Positions 1-9,392 of a stretch of 64,000 bases of DNA are shown piece by piece. The notes under the pieces are model-generated. The model was not told the DNA's origin and made no database searches. It was given only the letters and a program-made list of their open reading frames with translations. Each line of letters begins with the position of its first letter. Positions within the stretch are counted from its first letter, which is position 1. The translations under genes and the position numbers were made by a program. Origin of the DNA: Spirochaetota bacterium (GTDB taxonomy: Bacteria; Spirochaetota; UBA12135; COTS27; CBDBHE01); the NCBI GenBank assembly GCA_965205605.1, contig CBDBHE010000007.1:608001-672000 (forward strand), in the 5' to 3' direction.

Positions 1-267
1 TTGGAAAAAAATTATTTAAAGAAAATGATGGGTAAAAAACAGCGTTTTATTTTAGAAAAAAAAGTTTTACCTTCGTCATTTAACACAGAAAAAAAAGATC
101 GTTTTTTAAGGAAAGTTTTATCAAAAAATTATCAATATTATCAAGGAACTTCAGAATATTATATTAAGGGAACTTTTGCCATTTCAAAAGAAGAAACGGT
201 TTTTTTGGGCCAATCGCTTGTGGGAAAGTTTTGTCAATTGATGCCGTCGCTTTTTTTAAAAAGTTAA
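1..267 (+). CDS. 3' fragment of a gene running in from the left edge; probably the C-terminus of a tRNA methylthiotransferase (MtaB/MiaB-like, TRAM region)
   Basis: Frame open from the window edge. YL..MMGK..RFILE...GTSEYYIK resembles the MtaB C-terminal pattern (GK..VL.E...G.SENY). Radical SAM core not in window. Confidence 0.45.
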   Translation: MEKNYLKKMMGKKQRFILEKKVLPSSFNTEKKDRFLRKVLSKNYQYYQGTSEYYIKGTFAISKEETVFLGQSLVGKFCQLMPSLFLKS

Positions 268-286
268 AATCAACTAAATCATTTTT

Positions 287-1186
287 TTAATTGGACCTGC
301 TAATAATGAGCTCTGCCAAGTTTTTTAAATAGAAACTATTTCGTTTTAAAGGACTTAATGTTTCGATTTGAGTTAAATTTTTTTTCGCTTCTAAAATAAG
401 TTTTTGAGTATATTTTTTACTCTTACTAAGACCTAAAAGAGTCACAAAAGTTGATTTATTTTTTTTAAAATCTGAAAATTTTTTTTTTCCAATTTTTTTT
501 TCATTGCCTTCAACATCGAGAATATCATCGGTGATTTGAAAAGCAAGACCGATATTATTGGCATAGCGTTTTAAAAGATTTTCCAATTTTTTTTTTTCTT
601 GAGTTAAAAAAAAAGGAAGTAAAACACTTGCTCTTAAAAGAGAAGTTGTTTTAAGATCATAAATAGTTTGAAGCATTTTTTTTGAATTTTTTTTTCCTTC
701 TGTTTTTAAATCAATTTCCTGACCTCCTATCACCCCATCTGTTCCACATGCAATCGCTAAAAAATGAATTATTTTTCCAACCTTTGAGTTTGTTATCTCA
801 CTTAAAAGTTCAAATGCTTTTGTTTGTAGAGCATCTCCGGCTAAAATAGCGGTTGCTTCTCCGTATTGTTTATGACAACTAGGCTGCCGCCTTCTCATAT
901 CGTCATCGTCCATCGCTGGTAAATCATCGTGAATGAGCGTGTAAGTGTGGATGAGCTCTAAAGAAAGAGCCACTAGTAAAGTATCTCCATGATGGTTTGT
1001 GTTAAACTCATTTCTTAAAAAATCATCAATCATTAGAGCTAGTACAGGTCTAAAGCGTTTGCCTTCAGCAAGGAGTGAGTAATTTATGGCTTCATTGAGT
1101 TGACCAAAGCCTTTTGGTTTTAAAAGTTTTTTTAATTTTTTTTCAATTAAGCTTTTTTTTTGTTTGTAATAAAGATCAAAGTTCAT
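287..1186 (-). CDS. ispA: Farnesyl-diphosphate synthase / geranyltranstransferase
   Basis: GKRFRP, first Asp-rich motif LIHDDLPAMDDDDMRR, AILAGDAL, GQEIDL, second Asp-rich motif FQITDDILD. Confidence 0.93.
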   Translation of the reverse strand: MNFDLYYKQKKSLIEKKLKKLLKPKGFGQLNEAINYSLLAEGKRFRPVLALMIDDFLRNEFNTNHHGDTLLVALSLELIHTYTLIHDDLPAMDDDDMRRRQPSCHKQYGEATAILAGDALQTKAFELLSEITNSKVGKIIHFLAIACGTDGVIGGQEIDLKTEGKKNSKKMLQTIYDLKTTSLLRASVLLPFFLTQEKKKLENLLKRYANNIGLAFQITDDILDVEGNEKKIGKKKFSDFKKNKSTFVTLLGLSKSKKYTQKLILEAKKNLTQIETLSPLKRNSFYLKNLAELIISRSN

Positions 1187-2481
1187 TGGTTTCGGATATC
1201 AAGAGCTGCTCTATGAGCACTTAATTTTTCTGCTTTGGCTAAAATCATTGCTTTAGGACTTAATGCTTGAAAAGATTTTTTTGTTTGTTCAATGATATTA
1301 ATCCTTTTTAAAAAAGTGTAAGTACCAAGGGAAGAAGCAAATCGAGCTGAGCCATTAGTTGGTAAAATATGATTGGTCCCACAAATATAATCCCCAATGG
1401 GTTCAGATGAATAAGGCCCTAAAAAAATAGCCCCTGCATTGATAATCGATTCACTGTGTTTTTTAGGATTTTTTGTCATGATTTCTAAATGTTCGGGAGC
1501 AATTTGATTGGTTATTTTTAAAGCATCTTCAATATTTTTAGTGCAAATAAGACAGCTTCTAAGCGTCAGTGAAGCCATAATTTTTTTTTTTCTTTCCAAT
1601 TTTTCTACTTGAGAAATAAGACATTTTTGGACTTCTTCAGCATGGGCTTCATTTGGTGTTATTAATACAGCTAGTTCGTCTCCTGCGTGTTCACACTGAG
1701 AAATCATATCGGCGGCAACCCAACTAGCTTTAACACTTCCGTCGCTAATAACGACAATTTCACTCGGTCCAAATATCCCATCAATCATTACATCTCCAAA
1801 CACTTTTTTTTTCGCTCTCGTTACATAAGCGTTCCCAGGGCCTACAATTAAATCTACTTTATTGATACATTCTGTCCCATACGCTAAAGCTCCAATTGCT
1901 TGAGCTCCTCCACATTTGTAGACTTCTTTGATGTTAAGTTGTTTTAAGGCATAAAGTAAATGAGAGTCAAGGCTAAAATTTGTTTTGGGAGGACTGACGA
2001 CGACAATTTCTTTTACGTTGGCCACTTTAGCAGGAATCGCACTCATTAAAAGTGAAGAAATTAAAGGAGTGTTGCCTCCCCCTCCCCCAGGAACATAAAT
2101 ACCAACTCTCTTAAGGGGGACTATTTTTTGTTTTAAAATGTCTTTATGTTTTCCTATAAGAGTAATGTCTTTTAAAAGTTGTTTTTTGTGAAAGACCGTA
2201 ATATTATTAATGGCTGTTTCAATGGCTTCTTCAAAGCTTTTTTTAATAATTTTTTTAGAAAAAAAAAACTCTTTTTTTGAAACAAGAATATTTTTTTTTG
2301 TGATAGTTACTTTGTCATATTTTTTAATATAAGCAAATAAAGCTTTTTTTTTTTTTTTTTTAAGGGTTTCGATAATACAATTTACTTTTTTATCGATAGA
2401 TTTAAAATGAATGGAAGGGGGGATGATTCTTTTAAAGATTTCTTTTTGTTGCTTTGGAAAATGAAATATTGGAATAAACAT
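1183..2481 (-). CDS. hisD: Histidinol dehydrogenase
   Basis: VGIYVPGG, GGAQAIGALAYG, GPGNAYV, GPSEI, SQCEH, APEHLE, GDYICGTNHILPT. Confidence 0.96.
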   Translation of the reverse strand: MFIPIFHFPKQQKEIFKRIIPPSIHFKSIDKKVNCIIETLKKKKKKALFAYIKKYDKVTITKKNILVSKKEFFFSKKIIKKSFEEAIETAINNITVFHKKQLLKDITLIGKHKDILKQKIVPLKRVGIYVPGGGGGNTPLISSLLMSAIPAKVANVKEIVVVSPPKTNFSLDSHLLYALKQLNIKEVYKCGGAQAIGALAYGTECINKVDLIVGPGNAYVTRAKKKVFGDVMIDGIFGPSEIVVISDGSVKASWVAADMISQCEHAGDELAVLITPNEAHAEEVQKCLISQVEKLERKKKIMASLTLRSCLICTKNIEDALKITNQIAPEHLEIMTKNPKKHSESIINAGAIFLGPYSSEPIGDYICGTNHILPTNGSARFASSLGTYTFLKRINIIEQTKKSFQALSPKAMILAKAEKLSAHRAALDIRNQ

Positions 2482-2486
2482 TTTAA

Positions 2487-3590
2487 CTAACTTTGGGTTT
2501 TAAAAATACAAATATCTCCGTCTTGAAGAAGATATTTTCTTCCTTCGACTCTTATTTTTCCATTTTCCCTACATTTAATGTAAGACTTTAAAGTATGAAA
2601 ATCTTGATAAGAAACGATTTCTGCTTTGATGAATTTTTTTTCAAAACTCGAATGAATCACACTAGCCGCTTTAGGAGCAGGCGTATTTTTTTTTACCGTC
2701 CAAGCTCTACTTTCTTTTTCTCCTGTGGTTAAAAATGTAACAAGGTCTAAAATTTCATAACTTTTTTTGATCAACTGCTTTAAGCCGCTTTCTTTCATGG
2801 CATATATTTGTAAAAACTCTTCTTTCTCTACTTTGTTTTCAATTTCTGAAAACTCCTTTTCTAATTGAACAAATAGCACTAAAAGTTTAAATTTATTTGT
2901 TTTACAGTAATCTTTTAATTTTTGATAAGCTTCGTTTTTTGAATAAGTATTCATTTCTCTTTCATCAATATTACAGATAATAAGCATGGGTTTGCTTGTT
3001 AGTAAATTGAGCTCTTTGATGAGTTTTTTTTCTTCAGAATTAAGGTTAATTTTGGATAAAAGAGACTCGGCTTCTAATGTTTTTTTCAATCGATCAAGGA
3101 TTGTTTTTTTTTCAAGGTCATCAGAAGTGGCTTTTCCTCTTATTTTTTTTTGAATGGCTTGAAGGTGTTTTTCAATTAAACTTAAATCAGAAAAAATAAG
3201 CTCTAAATGAATGGTTTCAATATCTTCGTTTGGATTAAGGGTGCCTTTTTTGGTGATATTGGGATTTTCAAAAAGTCTTACAACATGAATAATGGCGTCA
3301 CATTCTCGTATATTGCTTAAAAATTGATTCCCTAGTCCTTCCCCTTCACTGGCTCCTTTTATGAGCCCTGCAATATCAACAAACTCAACCGTTGTGTAAA
3401 GAGTTTTTTCACTTTTACTGATTTGACTTAATGTGTCTACTCTTTCATCAGGAACATTCACAATGCCATAATTGGGATCTATGGTGCAAAAAGGATAGTT
3501 AGAGGCTTCTACGTTTAATTTGGTGAGAGCATTAAAAAGGGTTGATTTTCCTACATTGGGAAGGCCAACAATACCACAAGAAAATCCCAT
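2487..3590 (-). CDS. ychF: Ribosome-binding ATPase YchF
   Basis: GIVGLPNVGKSTLFNALT, NYPFCTIDPN, DIAGLIKGASEGEGLGNQFL, C-terminal TGS region (RAWT...IHSSFEKKFIKAE). Confidence 0.97.
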   Translation of the reverse strand: MGFSCGIVGLPNVGKSTLFNALTKLNVEASNYPFCTIDPNYGIVNVPDERVDTLSQISKSEKTLYTTVEFVDIAGLIKGASEGEGLGNQFLSNIRECDAIIHVVRLFENPNITKKGTLNPNEDIETIHLELIFSDLSLIEKHLQAIQKKIRGKATSDDLEKKTILDRLKKTLEAESLLSKINLNSEEKKLIKELNLLTSKPMLIICNIDEREMNTYSKNEAYQKLKDYCKTNKFKLLVLFVQLEKEFSEIENKVEKEEFLQIYAMKESGLKQLIKKSYEILDLVTFLTTGEKESRAWTVKKNTPAPKAASVIHSSFEKKFIKAEIVSYQDFHTLKSYIKCRENGKIRVEGRKYLLQDGDICIFKTQS

Positions 3591-3621
3591 CGTAAGTTTG
3601 TAAATAGCTGATTTTAGTTTT

Positions 3622-3831
3622 TTATAAGTATTGAAAATATTTTCTTTTTTTCTCTTTACGCTTTATTCTTTTTTCAAGCTTCGCAGACTCAATTTTTCTT
3701 TTCGTTGCTGGCTTAATATGGTATTGCCGTTCTTTAAGTTCTCTTAAAATATTTTCTTTTTCAACTTCTTTTCTAAAGCGTTTAATCGATATTTCTATAT
3801 GTTCTTCTTCTTTTACGTAAATCGTTGCCAA
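3622..3831 (-). CDS. rpsU: 30S ribosomal protein S21
   Basis: 69 aa basic protein, IKRFRKEVEKENILRELKERQYHIKP; TTG start. Confidence 0.92.
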   Translation of the reverse strand: MATIYVKEEEHIEISIKRFRKEVEKENILRELKERQYHIKPATKRKIESAKLEKRIKRKEKKRKYFQYL

Positions 3832-3873
3832 TGGTTTCTCTTTTATAGTGGGATAAAATTAAATGATTAGTTT

Positions 3874-3902
3874 AATCTAGCATTGGTAATAAAATAAGTC
3901 AA
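3874..3902 (-). promoter_or_regulatory. sigma70-type promoter for the rpsU-ychF-hisD-ispA unit
   Basis: Minus strand TTGACT (3902-3897), 17 bp, TAGATT (3879-3874), with an extended -10 TG. Confidence 0.6.
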
Positions 3903-3962
3903 CATTACTTTCTTATGATTTTCTTTATTCTTTTGTTGCAACAGATTTTATTTAACCCCTTT

Positions 3963-3995
3963 AATACAAAGAAAATACAAAGAAAATACAAAAAA
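3963..3995 (+). repeat. Tandem 11-bp repeat AATACAAAGAA (two exact copies, one degenerate)
   Basis: 3963-3973 and 3974-3984 identical; 3985-3995 is AATACAAAAAA. Confidence 0.6.
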
Positions 3996-4165
3996 AAAAT
4001 AAAGAAGAAAAATCTAAAGCAATGAAACCATGTCATCATGAGATAAAGAAAAAAATAAAGCTTTTTTATGATTAAAAAAAATCAAATCAAACTCACTTTT
4101 TCTAATTTTTATGGAAATAAAGTCAAATTTTTTATCATAAAAAATATTTAGGTGTTCTTATATTT

Positions 4166-5074
4166 ATGTGTGTTCATCAACCTGTTTTTTTAAATTTCAT
4201 CCGTGACCATTTGATAAAAAAAACCGATCAATATTTTGTAGATGCCACTTTAGGAGAAGGGGGACATTCAGAATGTTTTTTATCCCTTCAAAAAAAAGTT
4301 ATTGCTTTTGAAAGAGATCCTATTATTTTACACCATGCTCAAAAACGACTGTTGCCTTATAACAAAGCAATTCATTATTATGGTTGTAATTTTTCTAATA
4401 TGAAAACAGTTTTAGAAAAAGAAAAAAAAAAAATTGATTTTGCTTTATTTGATTTGGGCATTTCGATGTTTCATTACAAAAAAAGTGAAAGGGGGTTTAG
4501 TTTTTTAAAAGACGAAGCTTTAGATATGCGTTTAAATCCTAGTCTTAAAAAAACAGCCAGCGATTTGATTAATACTTCTTCTAAAGAAGCCCTTGGAGAT
4601 ATTTTTTATAAGTATGGAGAAGAAACCCGTTCAAAACAAATTGCCGCACATTTAGTCAAATTAAGAAGAAAAACCCCTATCAAAACAACCTTGCAATTAG
4701 CTCAAGCAATTTGTTACTTAATCCCAAAAAAAACAAAAACTCACCCTGCAACTAAAGTCTTTCAAGCTTTGCGTATTAAGGTCAATGAAGAGCTTTCTTT
4801 TATTGAACAATCCCTTTATCAAATTTTAGATTTCTTATCAATAGGGGCTAGACTTGTCGTTATTTCTTATCATTCTTTAGAAGACCGCATTGTTAAAAAT
4901 GTTTTTAAAGCTTTATTAAAATCTCCCGTTAATGAAAATAAATATCGGTCTGTAAAAAAAAAAAATATTTATTATGAATTATTTTTTAAAAAGCCAGTAC
5001 AAGCTTCTTTACAAGAAAGAAAACAAAACCCTTCTTCAAGAAGCGCTAAAATGAGAGTTTTACTTAAAGTTTAA
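4166..5074 (+). CDS. rsmH: 16S rRNA m4C1402 methyltransferase RsmH (MraW)
   Basis: HQPV, DATLGEGGHS, DLGISMFH, RGFSF..D..LDMR, FQALRIKVNEE, SYHSLEDRIVK, NPSSRSAKMR. Confidence 0.96.
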   Translation: MCVHQPVFLNFIRDHLIKKTDQYFVDATLGEGGHSECFLSLQKKVIAFERDPIILHHAQKRLLPYNKAIHYYGCNFSNMKTVLEKEKKKIDFALFDLGISMFHYKKSERGFSFLKDEALDMRLNPSLKKTASDLINTSSKEALGDIFYKYGEETRSKQIAAHLVKLRRKTPIKTTLQLAQAICYLIPKKTKTHPATKVFQALRIKVNEELSFIEQSLYQILDFLSIGARLVVISYHSLEDRIVKNVFKALLKSPVNENKYRSVKKKNIYYELFFKKPVQASLQERKQNPSSRSAKMRVLLKV

Positions 5075-5109
5075 GTTATTTTAATTTTATTAAAACAAGG
5101 AAGTTTTTT

Positions 5110-5424
5110 ATGACTAAATGGAATTATAAATTAATCTTTTTTTGTCTTCTTTTTGTTTGGTCTTTATTTTTTACACTTTCAGTCCATCAAAAAATAAAGT
5201 CTCAAAATCTACTAGGTAAAATCGCTGAACTAAAAAAAAAAATAGAAGGGTATCATTCTGAAAATAGTCATTTAAAATACCAATTTTATAAAAAAGAGTC
5301 TTTTTATGAACAAGCTTTGAAACAACAAGTTAAAAATTACAAGAAAATTAAAGTGAATCATATCCCTGTGGTTCGTTTTGATCATGCCAAAAAAGATGTC
5401 TTACAACCTCAAAGGGACCATTGA
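5110..5424 (+). CDS. ftsL: Probable cell division protein FtsL (bitopic, coiled coil)
   Basis: N-terminal TM helix followed by a heptad segment; position directly after rsmH. Called mainly by synteny. Confidence 0.6.
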   Translation: MTKWNYKLIFFCLLFVWSLFFTLSVHQKIKSQNLLGKIAELKKKIEGYHSENSHLKYQFYKKESFYEQALKQQVKNYKKIKVNHIPVVRFDHAKKDVLQPQRDH

Positions 5425-6910
5425 TTTTTTATTAAAACAAGGAGCTGAAAACTCACCTGTTCTTTTTAAAAAATTAAAAACCATTGAACATTTTTATCAG
5501 CATTCTAAGCAAGCTACTTCCAAAGGTGCTTTTATTGCTGTAAAGGGAGAAAAAACAGATGGCCATCATTATGTCCAAAGTCTTTTAAAAACATGCCCAC
5601 TGATTTTTGTCGATAAAACTTATCCTGTTTTAGATCATCAAAAAGACCAAATAATTCAAGTCAATGATACAAAAAATCTTTTACAGTCTTTAGGGCCCAT
5701 TTTTTACAATCACCCAAGCAAGTGTCTTTTTTTAATCGGAATCACCGGTACCAATGGCAAAACAACTTGTGCTTATTTAATTGAAAATTGTTTTCTTTTA
5801 CAAAACAAGCCTGTCGGTGTTATCGGCACCATTGATGCTCATTATAAAGACATTAAACTCAAACTTCCAAATACAACTCCTAATAATTTGGATCTTAATC
5901 GACTACTTTTTGAAATGCTTTCTTTAGGTGTTAAAGTAGTTGTTATGGAAGTTTCCTCTCATGCCCTTTCGCTTAATCGAGTGAATAATTTGCATTTTGA
6001 TATAGGGCTTTTTACTAATCTTAGTTTGGATCATTTGGATTTTCATCAAACCATGCAAGATTATCTACAAGCAAAACTTTCTCTTTTTTCACTTTTACAT
6101 CAAAGCGAAAAATCTTTTAAAAAAGGTGTTTTTTGTCTTGATAGTTTTGAAAATAAAGAAAAAATTAAAAATCAATTACGTGCTTCTTCTTTTAATTATC
6201 CAATTTTATTTTTTTCTAAAACAAAAGGAGCGGATTACCATTATAAAATTAAAAAAACTAAAAAATACTTTTTTTCGATTTTATTTGAAGAAAAAGTACA
6301 ATGCTCTTTTCCAATTAATTTTCAAATTCGTTTTAATGTTCAAAATCTAGTCGGTAGTTTATTATGTGCTTTTAAAAATTTAGAACAAGTCGCTCCTATG
6401 AAAGTTGCTAACATGTTAGAAAATTTTAGTGTTGTAGGGCGATTAGAAAAAATAACGGTTTTTAAACAAGCGAGTATTTTTATTGACTATGCTCATACAC
6501 CTCATGCTTTAAAAACAGTGCTCTCTTTTTTAAAAAAAGAGTTTCCTTTTTGCCATCTTTTATGCCTTTTCGGTTGTGGAGGCAATCGAGATCCTTCAAA
6601 AAGAAAGCAAATGGGAAAGGTGGCTTCAAAATATGCTGACAAAATCTATGTAACCTCTGATAATCCTCGTTTAGAAGATCCTTTGGAAATTATTCAAATG
6701 ATTGTACAAGGCATCGATGAAACAACTCCCACTGAGGTCTTTATTGATCGAAAACAAGCTATTAAACAGGCGATCTTAGATTTAACAAAAACAGATATTT
6801 TGCTCCTTGCTGGTAAAGGGCATGAAACTTATCAAATGATTAAAAATCGTGCTATTGCTTTTAATGATAAAAAAGTAGTTTTTGAGGCAATCAATGAAAT
6901 TGACCCTTGA
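5384..6910 (+). CDS. murE: UDP-MurNAc-dipeptide:meso-DAP ligase MurE
   Basis: GITGTNGKTT, NTTP, MEVSSHAL, FTNLSLDHLDFH, IDYAHTP, FGCGGNRD, SDNPR, AGKGHETYQ. Start ATG 5384 or 5396. Confidence 0.95.
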   Translation: MPKKMSYNLKGTIDFLLKQGAENSPVLFKKLKTIEHFYQHSKQATSKGAFIAVKGEKTDGHHYVQSLLKTCPLIFVDKTYPVLDHQKDQIIQVNDTKNLLQSLGPIFYNHPSKCLFLIGITGTNGKTTCAYLIENCFLLQNKPVGVIGTIDAHYKDIKLKLPNTTPNNLDLNRLLFEMLSLGVKVVVMEVSSHALSLNRVNNLHFDIGLFTNLSLDHLDFHQTMQDYLQAKLSLFSLLHQSEKSFKKGVFCLDSFENKEKIKNQLRASSFNYPILFFSKTKGADYHYKIKKTKKYFFSILFEEKVQCSFPINFQIRFNVQNLVGSLLCAFKNLEQVAPMKVANMLENFSVVGRLEKITVFKQASIFIDYAHTPHALKTVLSFLKKEFPFCHLLCLFGCGGNRDPSKRKQMGKVASKYADKIYVTSDNPRLEDPLEIIQMIVQGIDETTPTEVFIDRKQAIKQAILDLTKTDILLLAGKGHETYQMIKNRAIAFNDKKVVFEAINEIDP

Positions 6911-8291
6911 AGATATTTTAAGAGAAACAAAAGGGACCTTTATTTTTCATAAAAAAAAAATTAAAAAAATTGAAACAGTTTCTACAGATACTAGAACCAT
7001 TAGAAAAAATCAATTATTTATTTCTCTCACAGGTCAAAATTATCAAGGGGTTTTATTTTGCCTTGACGCTTATAAAAAAGGGTGTCGATTATTTGTAGTT
7101 CAAACAAAAGACTATTCAAAAGTTTCAAAAGAGCTTTTAACTAAAAAAATTGTTGTTATTTTAGTTAAAAACACTCTCGATGCTTATCAGTCTTTAGCTC
7201 GTTTTTATTTAAAATCTTTTGCTGGAACAAAAATAGCCATTACAGGTTCGGCGGGAAAAACCATGACCAAGCAGCTTTTAGGGCATTTTTTAAACACAAA
7301 ATATAAAGTCTTTGTTTCTAAGAAAAATGAAAATAATCAAATAGGGATCCCTAAAAATATTTTTTTAATAAAAAAGCCTTCTGATTTTTTTATTTTTGAA
7401 TTTGGAATGAATCATCGAGGAGAAATCAAACGTCTTTCTTGGATAGTTAAACCTAATATCACGTTGATCACTAATATTTTACCCGCTCACTTAGAATTTT
7501 TTAAAAACTTAAATGAAATTGCAAAAGCTAAATCAGAAATTTTTAAATATCAAAAAAAATCAGGGATGGCTTTTTTAAATCAGCACTCAAAAGAACTCTC
7601 TATTCAAAAAAAATACACAATTTCTATCAAAAAAACGTTTTTTTTTGATTCAACATGTCTTTCAGTGATTTCTTCTTTTGGGAAAAAAATGCATTTTTTT
7701 ATCCAAGACCGTCAAACAAAAAATAATTATCCCTGTCCAATCATTAACCCCATGACGCTTTCTAATCTAGAAGCAGCTTTACGTTTAGCAGAAGTTTTAA
7801 GCATCCCAAGGCAACACGCGCTTCAATCTCTTAAAAAATTTCAAATGCCTAAAAGACGATTTACAATGGTTTGTAAAAAACCTCTTGTGATTGATGATGC
7901 TTATAATGCCAACCCGGCTTCAATTTTTAAAACCATCGAAGGAATTTTAACGTTATTTGAAACTGTTAAAAAAAAAAATTTTCATATTGTTTTAGGGGAT
8001 GTTTTTGAGCTAGGGGTCCATATGAAGGCTTGTTATTTAAAGATGGCTTTACAATTAAGTGATTTACTTAAAACAAAAAAACCAAACATCTTTTTTTATT
8101 TCATTGGAAAAGAAATAAAAATGTGTTATGATAAACTTATTTGGGTTGATAAACAATATTTTTTAAATCAAGCATCTTTAATTAGTATTCTTTGTCATAA
8201 AGTAAAAAAAGATTCGATTGTTTTATTTAAAGCTTCTAATGGGATGAAGTTTAACCAACTTATAAAGGAGTTTTTATGCTTTATCACTTAA
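6894..8291 (+). CDS. murF: UDP-MurNAc-tripeptide:D-Ala-D-Ala ligase MurF
   Basis: TDTR, AITGSAGKT, NNQIGIP, EFGMNHRGEI, AHLEFF, IDDAYNANP, LGDVFELG, LFKASNGM. ATG 6894 preferred over upstream TTG. Confidence 0.94.
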   Translation: MKLTLEDILRETKGTFIFHKKKIKKIETVSTDTRTIRKNQLFISLTGQNYQGVLFCLDAYKKGCRLFVVQTKDYSKVSKELLTKKIVVILVKNTLDAYQSLARFYLKSFAGTKIAITGSAGKTMTKQLLGHFLNTKYKVFVSKKNENNQIGIPKNIFLIKKPSDFFIFEFGMNHRGEIKRLSWIVKPNITLITNILPAHLEFFKNLNEIAKAKSEIFKYQKKSGMAFLNQHSKELSIQKKYTISIKKTFFFDSTCLSVISSFGKKMHFFIQDRQTKNNYPCPIINPMTLSNLEAALRLAEVLSIPRQHALQSLKKFQMPKRRFTMVCKKPLVIDDAYNANPASIFKTIEGILTLFETVKKKNFHIVLGDVFELGVHMKACYLKMALQLSDLLKTKKPNIFFYFIGKEIKMCYDKLIWVDKQYFLNQASLISILCHKVKKDSIVLFKASNGMKFNQLIKEFLCFIT

Positions 8292-9391
8292 TTTATCCGT
8301 TAAATCATTATATTAGTGGTCTAAATATTTTTAGATACATCACATTTCGTTCGGTGATTGCGATTTTTATTAGTTTTATTATTTTTATTATTTTTGGTAG
8401 TCGATTCATTGCTTTTTTAAAGAAAAAAGAAAAAATGACCCTTAGAAAATTAACTCCTAAAACGCATCAAAAAAAAACAGGGATTCCTACGATGGGAGGG
8501 GTCTTAATTATTTCGGCTATTTTTATTAGTGTTTTAATTTGTGGCAAGTTAAATAATGAAGGGGTGGTTCTTTGTTTTTTAACGCTTTTAGGGTTTGGGT
8601 TACTTGGATTTTTAGATGACTTTATTAAGAATTCAAAAAAAGATGGAAGAGGGATTGGGGTGAAAATTAAATTATTTTTTCAAATTATCCTTGCATTGAT
8701 GATCGTATTTTATCTTTATTTTAAAAAAGGAGCTCCTTATTATATTCATTTTCCTTTTGATCATTTAAAAGAACCTATCACTTTGATCGTATTTCCTTTT
8801 TTTAGTCTTGTTAATTTTGATTTAAAGCAATTTTATATTCCTTTTGCTGTTTTTATTATTATTGCTTTTTCCAATGCGGTTAATTTTACAGATGGTTTAG
8901 ATGGACTTGCCATTGGGCTTACGTTGTTGGTGATGCTTTCGGTGATGGGGTTTGCTTATGTGACAGGGAATGGGGTTTTTGCTAGTTATCTTAAAATACC
9001 TTTTATTGAGGATGCCGGAGAGATTACCGTTTTTGCAGGAGCATTGGTAGGGGCATGTCTTGGATTTTTATGGTTTAATGCCCATCCAGCTCAAATTTTT
9101 ATGGGAGATACGGGCTCGCTTGCCCTTGGAAGTGTGATTGGAGTCCTTAGTTTGATTTTAAAAATCGAACTACTCATACCTATTATAGGGGGTGTTTTTG
9201 TTTTAGAAGCACTTTCAGTATTTTTACAAATTTCATTTTATAAATTATTTCAAAAACGTATTTTTAAAATGGCTCCTTTGCATCATCATTTTGAAATGAT
9301 GGGTTGGAGTGAAAGTAAAATCATCTTTAGATTTTGGATTGTAGGGGCTATTTTTGCTTTAATTGGATTTGCTTCTTTAAAAATTCGTTAA
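8276..9391 (+). CDS. mraY: Phospho-N-acetylmuramoyl-pentapeptide transferase MraY
   Basis: KKTGIPTMGG, GFLDD, NAVNFTDGLDGLA, FMGDTGSL, MAPLHHHFE; AAGGAG SD upstream. Confidence 0.97.
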   Translation: MLYHLIYPLNHYISGLNIFRYITFRSVIAIFISFIIFIIFGSRFIAFLKKKEKMTLRKLTPKTHQKKTGIPTMGGVLIISAIFISVLICGKLNNEGVVLCFLTLLGFGLLGFLDDFIKNSKKDGRGIGVKIKLFFQIILALMIVFYLYFKKGAPYYIHFPFDHLKEPITLIVFPFFSLVNFDLKQFYIPFAVFIIIAFSNAVNFTDGLDGLAIGLTLLVMLSVMGFAYVTGNGVFASYLKIPFIEDAGEITVFAGALVGACLGFLWFNAHPAQIFMGDTGSLALGSVIGVLSLILKIELLIPIIGGVFVLEALSVFLQISFYKLFQKRIFKMAPLHHHFEMMGWSESKIIFRFWIVGAIFALIGFASLKIR

Positions 9392-9392
9392 A

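Noticed and set aside
6126-6350. 74-aa alternate-frame ORF inside murE (similarly 15484..15687, 22737..22922, 25875..26105, 33828..34040, 44141..44323, 48765..48998, 56133..56318, 57201..57389)
   Set aside because: Same-strand off-frame ORFs fully inside well-supported genes; no motifs; expected by chance
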